64,000 nt of DNA, taken from contig CM052816.1 in the NCBI GenBank assembly GCA_028534125.1, positions 64,420,001 through 64,484,000 of the forward strand, given 5' to 3'. The translations under genes were made by a program, and so were the position numbers. The DNA comes from Lama glama. Taxonomy: Eukaryota. The notes under the pieces were generated by a model. It was not told the origin of the DNA and did not search any database. It worked only from the letters and a program-made list of their open reading frames with translations. The first letter of the stretch is position 1. Every line of letters begins with the position of its first letter. Below, one piece after another: positions 53,916 to 64,000 of this stretch.

Positions 53916-54037
53916 AACTTAAGCCTTCTCTCAGAAGTGTATGGTGACCTAAAGAAGACAACCAACCAAGGGTCATATGAAATTGTGATTGGCTAATAAT
54001 CCCAGGACAAAATTAGAGATCACTACTCCAGCATAAG
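53916..54037 (+). other. SMIM15: SMIM15 putative non-coding exon 2 (acceptor at 53916 or 53935)
   Basis: Pyrimidine tract then tatag| (53915) or tctctcag| (53934); donor AAG|GTAGAT (GT at 54038). Consistent with the three-exon structure I recall for human SMIM15. Confidence 0.6.
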
Positions 54038-54968
54038 GTAGATGATTTTTAAAATTCTAGCTGAAAACTTAAGTGACCGTATATATACCCATTCGTACAC
54101 AGTATTCTAATTCTCCACTTTGAATAGAGATTGACAGAAATATGAGAGGTTGAAAAGCCTCTGGGGCAAAATAGAAAATGTCACTCAAATCTACAACATC
54201 CTCATTTGCCAGATGGCCCTCCCTTACCAACTCAAAATGGAACAAAATGCATGACACCTGTAATGGTTAATGTTCTCATTTATTAAATTTGTTCTCATTT
54301 ACTAAATTATGTCCTCAGAGCTGAAAGAGGGCATAAAATAGCATGTCACCTTTTGCTTATTATCTCTTTGCATATAAATAGATATTATCATGGTTCCCAT
54401 ACTGTCTTATTTCCTTCCTGGAAACAGCCACCCGTTACCTCCTTTTCTCCAAGCATTTCACATACTCTGTGGCTTGTCCTTTTCAGACACCAAATTTGAT
54501 GACTGTACTTTTGTTAATTAGTACTTAAGGGTACTAAGGCTATGTCAGAAAATGACAAACAGTATTCATCTATTTCCTGGAATGAGCACATAAAACTCAA
54601 GATTCTTATAAAACTCTGCTGGTAAATAAAGTGTGTCTTGAATATAGGAATATGTGACAATGCATAGTCCTTATGACAGATTTCACATGGTTTTTACTTT
54701 TATCATCTATACCTTAACACCTTTTAAGTGTCGCTCTTCTGGTTGTCCTAGTTGAATTATTCTTTCCTACTGGAAATATTAGTCCTTATTAAAATATAAA
54801 ATAGTACTAATTAGTACTTTTTATAAACAAAAAAACCTGTTGAGTGATAATAGACTTCTGTTTTAACTGATTGTATGATGTAACTTTTTCAAAATTTGAT
54901 TAATTACATAGTCTTTTCTCTTGTTCTCTCCCTCCCCCCACCCCCCTTTTCCTAAGACCTCTACAAAG

Positions 54969-55193
54969 ATGTTTGATATAAAGGCTTGGGCTGAGTATGT
55001 TGTGGAATGGGCTGCCAAGGACCCATACGGCTTCCTTACAACAGTTATTTTGGCCCTTACTCCATTGTTTCTTGCAAGTGCTGTACTGTCCTGGAAATTA
55101 GCCAAGATGATTGAGGCCAGGGAAAAGGAGCAAAAGAAGAAACAAAAACGTCAAGAAAACATCGCAAAAGCTAAACGACTGAAAAAGGACTGA
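54969..55193 (+). CDS. SMIM15: Small integral membrane protein 15 (UPF0542/C5orf43), 74 aa, single coding exon
   Basis: ATG at 54969 (acaaagATG, A at -3) gives [74 protein letters not shown], recognised as SMIM15 (one TM helix, basic tail). A long pyrimidine tract and AG acceptor (54955-54956) precede it. Adjacent to NDUFAF2 as in other mammals. Confidence 0.97.
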   Translation: MFDIKAWAEYVVEWAAKDPYGFLTTVILALTPLFLASAVLSWKLAKMIEAREKEQKKKQKRQENIAKAKRLKKD

Positions 55194-56067
55194 AGGAATG
55201 AACAGGCTCTGCAGCCAGAGGAACATCATTTGGAAAATTATGCAGCTCTAGAAGGCCCCACTAAGGTTTCTTTTCTGGATCTTGTGACAGTATTGTTTAG
55301 GAAACAAAGTCTGAGCATATGGAAGATCATGTTAGCTCTCACCTGTACTGTAGCAACTTTTGGGCTTTGCTGTAGAAGTCTGTTGACAGTTAATTGTACA
55401 CTGACATTGGTTATGCTACAGGTTCTTTATAATGGATCTAGTCATTTGCCTTTTTGCAGCTTATATAGTATAATGTGAACATCCTGTGGTGAAGAAGGAC
55501 TTTAGATTATTTAGACTTTAGAACTCTACTCAAATAATGGCTTAAAATGGGGTCCTGCTCTGGACAAAGGAATTTATGAATGTAAAAATCAGAACTGTGC
55601 TGAGGTGAAAAGTGTGCTTTGGCTTAAAAGAGATACAGTATATTAATTACATCTATCACTATTGCTTATTTCTTGGAATAGAATCATTTCTGGCTTTCTC
55701 AAAGCAAAATAATATTCTTCAATGAGTACTTCTCTATTTTCTGGATTTTTCTCATTTTAGCTTTTGAGATACTGGTAATTGACTAGACATTTTTTAAAAT
55801 CTAATTTTATAAAGAATTCTCTTATTATCTTGACTATGTAGAATACCATTTACTGGATACAACAATTTTTGTACTTATGAACACTGCCATTTTCTTAGAG
55901 GTGGCTTGAGTAGAGTAACACTATGATTTAAAGCTTGCAGTAAAAATTCCAAATCTTGTAGTACCTTGGAACCAGTTTATTCTCATTTATGCTAAGTAGA
56001 AATGTGAAGTAGTTAAAATGTCTTATCAGGTAATTTGCTGATTATATAGATACCACCTTTGTTTTTC

Positions 56068-56895
56068 TTTTTTCTTTTTTTTTTACATTTTTTATTGATT
56101 CATAATCATTTTACAGTGTTGTGTCAAATTCCAGTGTTCAGCACAATTTTTCAGTCATTCATGGACATATACACACTCATTATCACATTTTTTTCTCTGT
56201 GATTTATCATAACATTTTGTGTATATTTCCCTGTGCTATACAGTGTAATCTTGTTTATCTATTCTACAATTTTGAANNNNNNNNNNNNNNNNNNNNNNNN
56301 NNNNNNNNNNNNNNNNNNNNNNNNNNNNNNNNNNNNNNNNNNNNNNNNNNNNNNNNNNNNNNNNNNNNNNNNNNNNNNNNNNNNNNNNNNNNNNNNNNNN
56401 NNNNNNNNNNNNNNNNNNNNNNNNNNNNNNNNNNNNNNNNNNNNNNNNNNNNNNNNNNNNNNNNNNNNNNNNNNNNNNNNNNNNNNNNNNNNNNNNNNNN
56501 NNNNNNNNNNNNNNNNNNNNNNNNNNNNNNNNNNNNNNNNNNNNNNNNNNNNNNNNNNNNNNNNNNNNNNNNNNNNNNNNNNNNNNNNNNNNNNNNNNNN
56601 NNNNNNNNNNNNNNNNNNNNNNNNNNNNNNNNNNNNNNNNNNNNNNNNNNNNNNNNNNNNNNNNNNNNNNNNNNNNNNNNNNNNNNNNNNNNNNNNNNNN
56701 NNNNNNNNNNNNNNNNNNNNNNNNNNNNNNNNNNNNNNNNNNNNNNNNNNNNNNNNNNNNNNNNNNNNNNNNNNNNTCACATTTTTTTCTCTGTGATTTA
56801 TCATAACATTTTGTGTATATTTCCCTGTGCTATACAGTGTAATCTTGTTTATCTATTCTACAATTTTGAAATCCCAGTCTATCCCTTCCCACCCT
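56068..56895 (-). mobile_element. Short L1 3'-end insertion in the SMIM15 3'UTR (contains the assembly gap)
   Basis: Poly(T) tail at the left, 3'UTR related to the L1 at 28.9 kb, perfect 15-bp TSD CCACCTTTGTTTTTC at 56053-56067 and 56896-56910. Confidence 0.9.
56277..56776. other. Assembly gap (500 N)
   Basis: Run of N; the flanks share an identical 94-bp sequence. Confidence 0.99.
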
Positions 56896-57353
56896 CCACC
56901 TTTGTTTTTCATTCCATTCTTTGTTTTAAGTCATGTTGTGGTGATGTTCTGTACTTTTTGATCAAACAGGTTCACGGTGAAAATTAAAATTTCAAAATTT
57001 TTAAGGAACTTTTAAAGAATAACAATTAAGTCATATTTCATAAGTGGTAAAGAAAAGGCTTAACATTTGGAAGAATTTTGTTTGGCCTAGTAGTAACTGG
57101 GTGAAAGGTGTAAATTATGTCAAACTGAGAATATGTTATGATTAGAAATAGAGCTAAAGGATATTTCCTTTAGTTAAGTAATATAACTGGAACTTTTTAC
57201 TCCTTAACATGGCTTTTATAAATGCATGGTTAATAATTTTATTTGCTATCAGTAATGAATAGCTTATTAATGTTTTCCTCACTTCTGACAATGAATTTTA
57301 AATTACAAAAAATTGTCCAACAGCTTTCATTTAAAAATGAAACCAGATATTGA

Positions 57354-57359
57354 AATAAA
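57354..57359 (+). terminator. SMIM15: SMIM15 polyadenylation signal
   Basis: AATAAA followed by T-rich and GT-rich downstream elements, just before transposon-derived sequence resumes. Confidence 0.7.
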
Positions 57360-57496
57360 TTTGATACTTTTTTTTATAAAGAGGTCCCTGGGCTTTGTTT
57401 TTTTTGGTGAGGGGAGAATAATTCAATAATACAAGTTAGATATGTTACAGAAATTACTTCTCAAATGGTTATGAATTTCCTTCATAGATAAGTATA

Positions 57497-57775
57497 CAGT
57501 TGACCCCTGAACAACACAGGGGTTAGGGGCACTAGCTCTCCCTTGCAGTTGAAAATCCCTGTATAACTTATAGTAGGCCCTCCCCATATACTATTCCTTT
57601 CTATATGCAGTTTCTCCGTATCTGCAATTCCAAGGTTCCTCTGTACTCACAGTTCCACATCCCTGGATTCAACCAACCCTGGATTGTGTAGTACTGTAGT
57701 ATTTACTATGGAAAAAAAAATCTGTGCATAAGTGAACCCATGCAATTCGAACCTATGTTGTTCAAGGGTCAGCCG
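57497..57775. mobile_element. Tigger2-derived MITE
   Basis: TA-flanked TIRs CAGTTGACCCCTGAACAACA / TGTTGTTCAAGGGTCAGCCG. Confidence 0.88.
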
Positions 57776-58266
57776 TACTCGTAATAGTTCAGAGCATTGC
57801 TTCTTAAGTATGAGAACCTAAGGACCTCTGAGAATCTTTATGGACTGGTTTGAACAATATTTATTACTATTATTTTAGGTTGTCAGTTCCTACTTGGTGC
57901 CAGTGCACATGCTGCAGCTCCAGGCACTAAAATAATTTAGTGTTTAGTTGTGAATTAAGTTATTCAGGTGCTGTAGGATATGCTTTTTATGATATTGAAA
58001 TTAAAACAAACTTAGAATTATCTACTAAAGCTATGGTTTCACTGTTCATTGTGAGAATTTAAAGGTATTTAACTAAAATATATTTTCCTGTACTTTGTTA
58101 GTCTTAATACAATTTTATGTTTGTTTGACATAGGCCATTTGTTGTTTCTTCAGCTTTTTTCAACATCTGTGGAGCCTTTTTGTACATGTAGGATCAACAA
58201 GGTTTTACAATATTTGTCTCTATGTTTGTGTGTGTTGTGGGGGAGGGGTATGTAAATTAGAGAGTA

Positions 58267-58768
58267 CAGATCTTCCTTGATTTACAGTGGGATTACCCTT
58301 TGTAAGTTGAAAATACTGTAAATTGAAAATGCATGTAATACTTAAGACCAAACCAACCAAACTTCATAGCTAAGCCCTAGCCTTATACCTGCTCAGAACA
58401 CTTACATTAGCCTACAGTTGGGCAAAATCATCTAGAACAAAGCCTATTTTATAATAAAGTGTTTGAATATCTCTTGTAATTTACTGAATTGAAAGTGAAA
58501 CTGTACTGAAAGTGAAAAACAACGGTTGTATGGGTACAGGATGGTTGTAAGCATGTCAGTTGTTTACTTGTGATTGTGTGGCTGACTGGGAGCTGTGGCT
58601 CCCTGCTACTGCCCAGCATCACAAGAGAATGTCCCACCGCACACCACTAGCCCAAGAAAAGATAATTCAAAATTCAAAGAACGGTTTCTGTTAAATGTGA
58701 ATGTGTATCATAAAGTCGGAAAATTAATGAATATGTATCATAAAATCAAAATTAAGTCAAGGACTGTG
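58267..58768. mobile_element. MER47/Tigger5-like DNA transposon derivative
   Basis: gctcagaacacttacattagcctacagttgggcaaaatcatct motif; TA|CAGAT start. Confidence 0.75.
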
Positions 58769-61700
58769 TTTTGTGAGGTTTGAGGTTCTTCAGAAAAATC
58801 AATCTTTCACTATAACAAATACCACTTATTGAAAGAATCCCATTTACTACTATGCAGAATGCTTCTTTAAAAAATTGCCTACCTCTTATATTGTTTCTGA
58901 AGTTCTGGAAACTAATACAGTCAATTACCTTTTTATGGCTGGTTGTGGGGAAAAAACAAATAGGCTGAAAATAGGTTGCCTGTAACAAACATTCTACCAA
59001 AACAAACAAACAAACAAAAAAATGCGTGTCAGAATTTGATCCCTAGTGTCCTTGTGGTAAACTTCAGCATGGGGTGTTACTGTATCAGATGTGCAAGGCA
59101 TTTTAAATTTATTTCTTGAAATTACAGTGAGCAAACTGGAAATAAGCTTAGGATTCTGTGAGCTGGAAACCCAGTTATAACTAACAGCTCTTCACCCATC
59201 CTTTATGGGCACTTTATACCGCATCTGGTTATAAGTTAGAGGAAGTCTGCTTCCTATTTAGGAAAGATTGCTTTTATGTTTGCAGCTGATTATAGGATTA
59301 CTCTGATTTATTTCAAATCTGGAATAAATATATAAGGACAAATTCTGTACTTCTCAAACATATTGAAAGGGATTCTGTGTTAGAAGTTTGGGAAACACAA
59401 GGTAAGACAATTCATTCCTGCATGATTTCTTGCAGTCTTTTAATTTGACTATCATAGACTCTGCTCACTTCTGTTTTTTCCGCCTGAAGAACACAGTATG
59501 AGAAAGCCTAATCTAAATGAATTCAGGTTACATTTTGAATAGTGTGGTTAATGAGATAGCATTAAAAAAAGTCAGTATGATGGTACTGAATCAAGACTGA
59601 TGAAATTAAGAAATAAGTGACAACCAGAAATCTGTTAGTAAAAATAGGAATGGAAAAGGATATCAATGGGGAAAGATTATTTCCTCCATTTTGTTGATTT
59701 TTAACTTCAAACATCCAAGGCATAGCTAATAGGCTAGATTTATATGATTAAGCCTAACAGCCAACATGTGTTGTATATTTGAGCAGTCTGTACAATACAG
59801 CCTTTGGGGGGAAAATGCTATAATACGCACATATAGCAGAGGTATAGGAAGTCAGGAAGGATTATCTGAAAGAGCACTTAAGTTATATTTGACACTCTTA
59901 ATTATTTGAAAATGAACATTTTAACTTTTGAAGTTAAAACTGCATAGGTTTAAAATGTGTCTTGAAGAAATGAAGAAAAACTTCATTTTTTCATTTAAAA
60001 AACTTATGCCAAAATGTAACTATTTAAAAATGTGAAATATGATGGACAAGTGAATATTTTATGCAAACTTTGACTCTGCATGCATCTAAAAGCCAAGTAT
60101 AAAGACAAGATTGTTTAGAAAGGCAATCTTAATTAGGCCAAGATTACATATAGTTCAGTTTTTATGCGGGACTAAATGTTCTCAGAATTCTATTCTATAC
60201 TACCTAACAGTATAACCAGTCACCCTAAGAATGAGGAAAGGAGTGTAGATGGATTACTACAAACTACTCCCATCTCTCAAAAACCACTTCGAAAGTGCAT
60301 GGTTTACTAATAATGGGTCAGTACTATCTTACTATATATAACATAACTCTTGGCTAAGATTTTTTTTTATTTATGTAAAATAGGTATTTTTAAATAAAAC
60401 CATAAAATTAATATAAACTGTCATACATTAAGACATTTATAAACAGCCTATATAGCAAACATTTGTAAAAGATGTATATATAATACACTTAATAAGTTAA
60501 TAGGAATTTGGTAGTAGAAACATTCTATTTGGCATGTTAGAATTTATAGTTTTTCCTGTAATCTAGGATTCAAGAACATCTTAATTTACAGTCAATTATA
60601 CAATAAATTCTACCTCCTTTTATATTGCCTAGTGGCTATTTTCTTTTTTGCCTCTTTGGTAAAATGTGATACTACTTTGTAATGATATGCAGAGATAGAA
60701 TGATTAACCTGATATTAATGGGGCTGCTGGAATGTTAATATTACTACCTAGGGATTTTTTCTGTTTTTCAGTAAGTGTTGTGATTACATTTTATTACTTG
60801 TTTCAGTATAACACTTTATAAAATTGTATTTTCTGTAGTTTATTTCTTAAGCAATTAAAATTTTTACCTTCTATTAAGGAAAAATCTTAACCTATGTGTT
60901 TATAGGAATTCATTGTTTAACATTTAACCAAGGATTTCCTTGTATTTTTCAGAGCATTAAAATTTGGGTCATTTATTCAGTACCTATTTATTGAGCACCT
61001 ATTACAATGCCAGACACTGAGAAGACCTCTACATTAGAATTAGAACTCTGTGAAAATGTATGACTTTACAGAAACGCTTGTACATAATCTGTTTTAACAC
61101 TGTCATCTGTCTTTAATTTCTTCAATGTACAAGCCACTGTAATCTTCACTATCAGTGAAATCACTTTCTGAGAATCCTCCCCTATTTTCTATATTCTCAA
61201 AGTAATTTTTAATCTCACAGAACTATAGTTACTGTATCATTTCTCTGTTTACTGTCCTTTCAGACTTTTGTGAGGGACTGTCTACTTCTGTTGGTCCTAA
61301 TTTCTCCCTTCACACTCCAACCTCAATCCTACCATAAACTAGCTTTTGTCCCACCTACTCATCAAGATCTTTATGTGTTTTTTTTCCATTTATCAAATAA
61401 ATTTTCTTGGATTCCACAAGTTTTATCCAAGTTCATGTTTTTGATTAGTTCATTAGAGTCTTACAGAGTGCTTCTCCAAAAATAGCAGGATTCTCATTTT
61501 TTCTTTTATATTTGATCATTTAGGAGAGCTCAATATTTACCCTTATCACTTCTACCAAGATATATTTTGGGTGGTTTCAAATGGTTCTAAGGATTCAAAA
61601 TGTACTAAGCATTTACAGCTACAAGATACTTTTCGAGGGAACAATCCAAAGAGGGAAAAACCAAGCAAATTTATAAATAGAGAATGATGATTAAATCAAG

Positions 61701-61832
61701 TGAAGGCTTTAAGTTTAAAAGAAGTTAGGGTTCTATAATTCATAACCTCACACTTATTATTCATACTAAAAACAAGTTCTTAAGCTTAATGGACTAGAGA
61801 ACTACTGTACAGTTGGAAAATACAAAGTAACT

Positions 61833-61838
61833 TTTATT
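61833..61838 (-). terminator. NDUFAF2: NDUFAF2 polyadenylation signal (short 3'UTR)
   Basis: AATAAA on the minus strand ~54 nt after the stop codon, with T-rich sequence downstream. Confidence 0.75.
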
Positions 61839-61891
61839 TGTTAAAATAGTCACATGCATAAAAATGAAATGATTTTACCACAGTGCATTTA

Positions 61892-62140
61892 TTAATTGTG
61901 GCTCTTGCTATCTTGCGGCATCCAGGATCCTGGCTGAAAGGTTTTACCAGTGCTGGTGGGAGCCACTGAGGGTTCTTCTTTTCCAAAGTACCGAGCGGAG
62001 GCATGACCTTTAATCTGAGTTTGGACTGGTGGAGCCAAGAGTTCCTTGTTGCTCTCTTCATCAAGGAGTTTTTCTTCTTCATAAATATCTTTGCTTTTCA
62101 TTTTAATTTCTTCTCTATATTTTACATTTTTTAGTATTTC
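61892..62140 (-). CDS. NDUFAF2: NADH:ubiquinone oxidoreductase complex assembly factor 2, last coding exon (82 codons + stop); upstream exons lie beyond the right edge
   Basis: Acceptor atgcag|GAA (exon starts 62140, phase 0). Translation EILKNVKYREEIKMKSKDIYEEEKLL...PPVQTQIKGHASARYFGKEEPSVAPTSTGKTFQPGSWMPQDSKSHN* matches the NDUFAF2 C-terminus. Confidence 0.96.
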   Translation of the reverse strand, partial: EILKNVKYREEIKMKSKDIYEEEKLLDEESNKELLAPPVQTQIKGHASARYFGKEEPSVAPTSTGKTFQPGSWMPQDSKSHN

Positions 62141-62856
62141 CTGCATGCATATATAAATGGAAGAAATCATTAAATTTCCAGTTAGAAGAAAACCCAAACG
62201 ACAGGTTTTATAAAAATAAAATAGCTAGTAAGAAATAAAGTACATATGTACATGTTACTTGCTTTGTATTTAAATAATAGATAAATGCAGAGTAAATCTG
62301 AAAAAACTATCTGATATATTAGTGTTACTTGGATTACACAACTCTGTCCTTGTATACTATAATAAAAAGATGGGAAGGATCACAAAATAGAAATATTTAC
62401 TACCCAGTAAGTGAAACAAACCACTTAACATGAAATATTACACAATAGCATAACAGTCACTCTTATCAAAGATTTTCTAAATTTAACAGCTATTTTCCGT
62501 CTCAAAAACTAACCAGTGATTGTACTTTCTGCAGAGGATGAAGCAAAGGTGAGATGGATGGCCTCAGAAAGATGCCCCTACCACCAGTCTTCTTTTCTCT
62601 GTGGGACTTAAAAGCATGGATGCTAAGGCCACCCTCTGTAGTGCCAGGACCAAGTCTCATCTATTTTCCTTTCTCCTCTGGAGTGATATGGCAGTGAAGA
62701 GGACAGGAATGGAGTCAGAGTTCAGCATGCCCTAGACACCAGTTCCAGAGAGAAGCTTTGCTATTGGAAATGCTTCCTCAAATCAGTGCAAGCCATTTGT
62801 GCAACACGGTTCTGTCACTCAGGTTTGCTATACCCCAAACAACAATGTATCTATTA

Positions 62857-63010
62857 CTGTATTTCACTGAATGCAAGACCATCAGATTTAAGATGCTAAA
62901 TCATTGATAAATGTTATCACTAAAAAAGGCAATTAAACTCCTTCACATACCCTGATTTCAGAAATGTTAAAATCTGAAAGATAGGCATCTTAAAAACAGA
63001 TGAAATATAG
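62857..63010. mobile_element. Small old Tigger-type MITE in the NDUFAF2 intron
   Basis: TA|CTGTATTTCA ... TGAAATATAG|TA inverted ends. Confidence 0.55.
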
Positions 63011-64000
63011 TAATTATTTCTTTTATCTTTATTGATTCCTTCTTCCTCTTCTATCTTAAAAATGATTATTTCCAAATGGGTGACATTTTAAAATGTTCAT
63101 TTTGCTTATCTATATTTTCTGATTTTTCTTTAAGAATATATGTTACTTATAATATGAATGTTAATATAATTAATATGACAACATTGAGAAGTTCTCCCAA
63201 GTTACTTTTCAATTTCAATACTTAAGAAAATGACATATCTGAATATCCAAACGCATGATGCAGTCTGTCTCTAACATGAATTTCAAGTAGTAACAGTCCT
63301 TTAAAAAGGTAAGCACTGATATTTAAAATCACACTTAAAATAACGGTTTGTACTTATAGGAAAAGATCTGGGAAGGTTATAGAGTTACAGACTTTCAGTT
63401 TTAGATACAAAGGGCCCATCTAATGAAACTTAACCCTGCCCCAAAGCTAATATGTGAGGGAAAGAATATTTATAAATATTATTCTTGTAATTTCCACAAC
63501 ATAGATCAATTCCCCATGAGTGGTTGAATACCACAATAACTTAGGTTAGGGACAGCTGCTATGAGTGAGGGTGAGAGAAGTCAGGATTTGCCTTTCAGAC
63601 GCTCTGTAGAATTCTCAGGTGAGGTGACTATATATATCACAAAGGAAATCCCTCAATATGATACTGGAAATAATGGAAGTAGATGGAAGTATTTTTCAGT
63701 CTGAGGACATCTCTTCACTTCATCTCCATACTCTTCAAGACCCTCTGCAAAATGCTGTGTCTGCATGGAATCTCTTTCTCCTGAGCAGAATGAATGGTTC
63801 AGGACTGGGTTGAGCTTGCACTGGGAGCCCACCAAAGGTAGCAAAGCGCTACTGGGAAGCTGGTATGCAGCTTGGCTGGCTCTGGTATCAAGAGCATCAG
63901 TCATGTCGCCTTTATGGATTTCAGCTCTACTGCTGCGGTCTTACAGCTGGTGCGAGCCTATGCCGTCTGCATAAAAGGAAACTAAGAGCAGAGAGCTGTT

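Noticed and set aside
54921..54968. 16-aa N-terminal extension of SMIM15 in the ORF track
   Set aside because: Starts at TTG inside the intronic pyrimidine tract upstream of the acceptor.
56121..56987. ORFs of 181-288 aa
   Set aside because: Artefacts of translating the N gap.
62141..62197. N-terminal part of ORF 62197-61892, and the alternative-frame ORF 62082-61834
   Set aside because: Intron read-through before the acceptor, and a shadow frame of NDUFAF2.
1..64000. CRISPR arrays, tRNA/rRNA genes, prokaryotic systems
   Set aside because: None seen; the tandem duplications have only two units and no spacers.

Overview
Mammalian genomic DNA, probably camelid (inferred from the young L1 type and the absence of recognisable young SINEs). 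It corresponds to the SMIM15/NDUFAF2 locus. The right end holds a CpG-island promoter (~52.1-53.3 kb), the 3-exon SMIM15 gene on + (74-aa CDS 54969-55193, poly(A) signal 57354) and the converging last coding exon of NDUFAF2 on - (62140-61892). The left 52 kb is a patchwork of L1, L2, MIR, MaLR/ERVL LTRs, a decayed ERVL provirus and DNA transposons, interleaved with blocks of unique sequence. The most interesting signal is in those unique blocks: minus-strand acceptor/donor pairs starting from a strong donor in the CpG island, several stop-free and phase-compatible (one four-exon chain reads ~102 codons). This suggests a divergent spliced transcript (the position of human SMIM15-AS1) that may be the relic of a lost protein-coding gene. 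That is an inference, not a demonstration, and I could not identify the protein. Directly visible oddities: nested L1s with perfect TSDs (the inner one 3'-truncated), a telomere-like/hairpin/duplication repair scar, two 3-codon uORFs in the SMIM15 leader, an L1 in the SMIM15 3'UTR split by a false 500-N gap, and an AATAAA formed by the NDUFAF2 tandem stop codons. Repeat subfamily names come from memory of consensus sequences and their boundaries are approximate.
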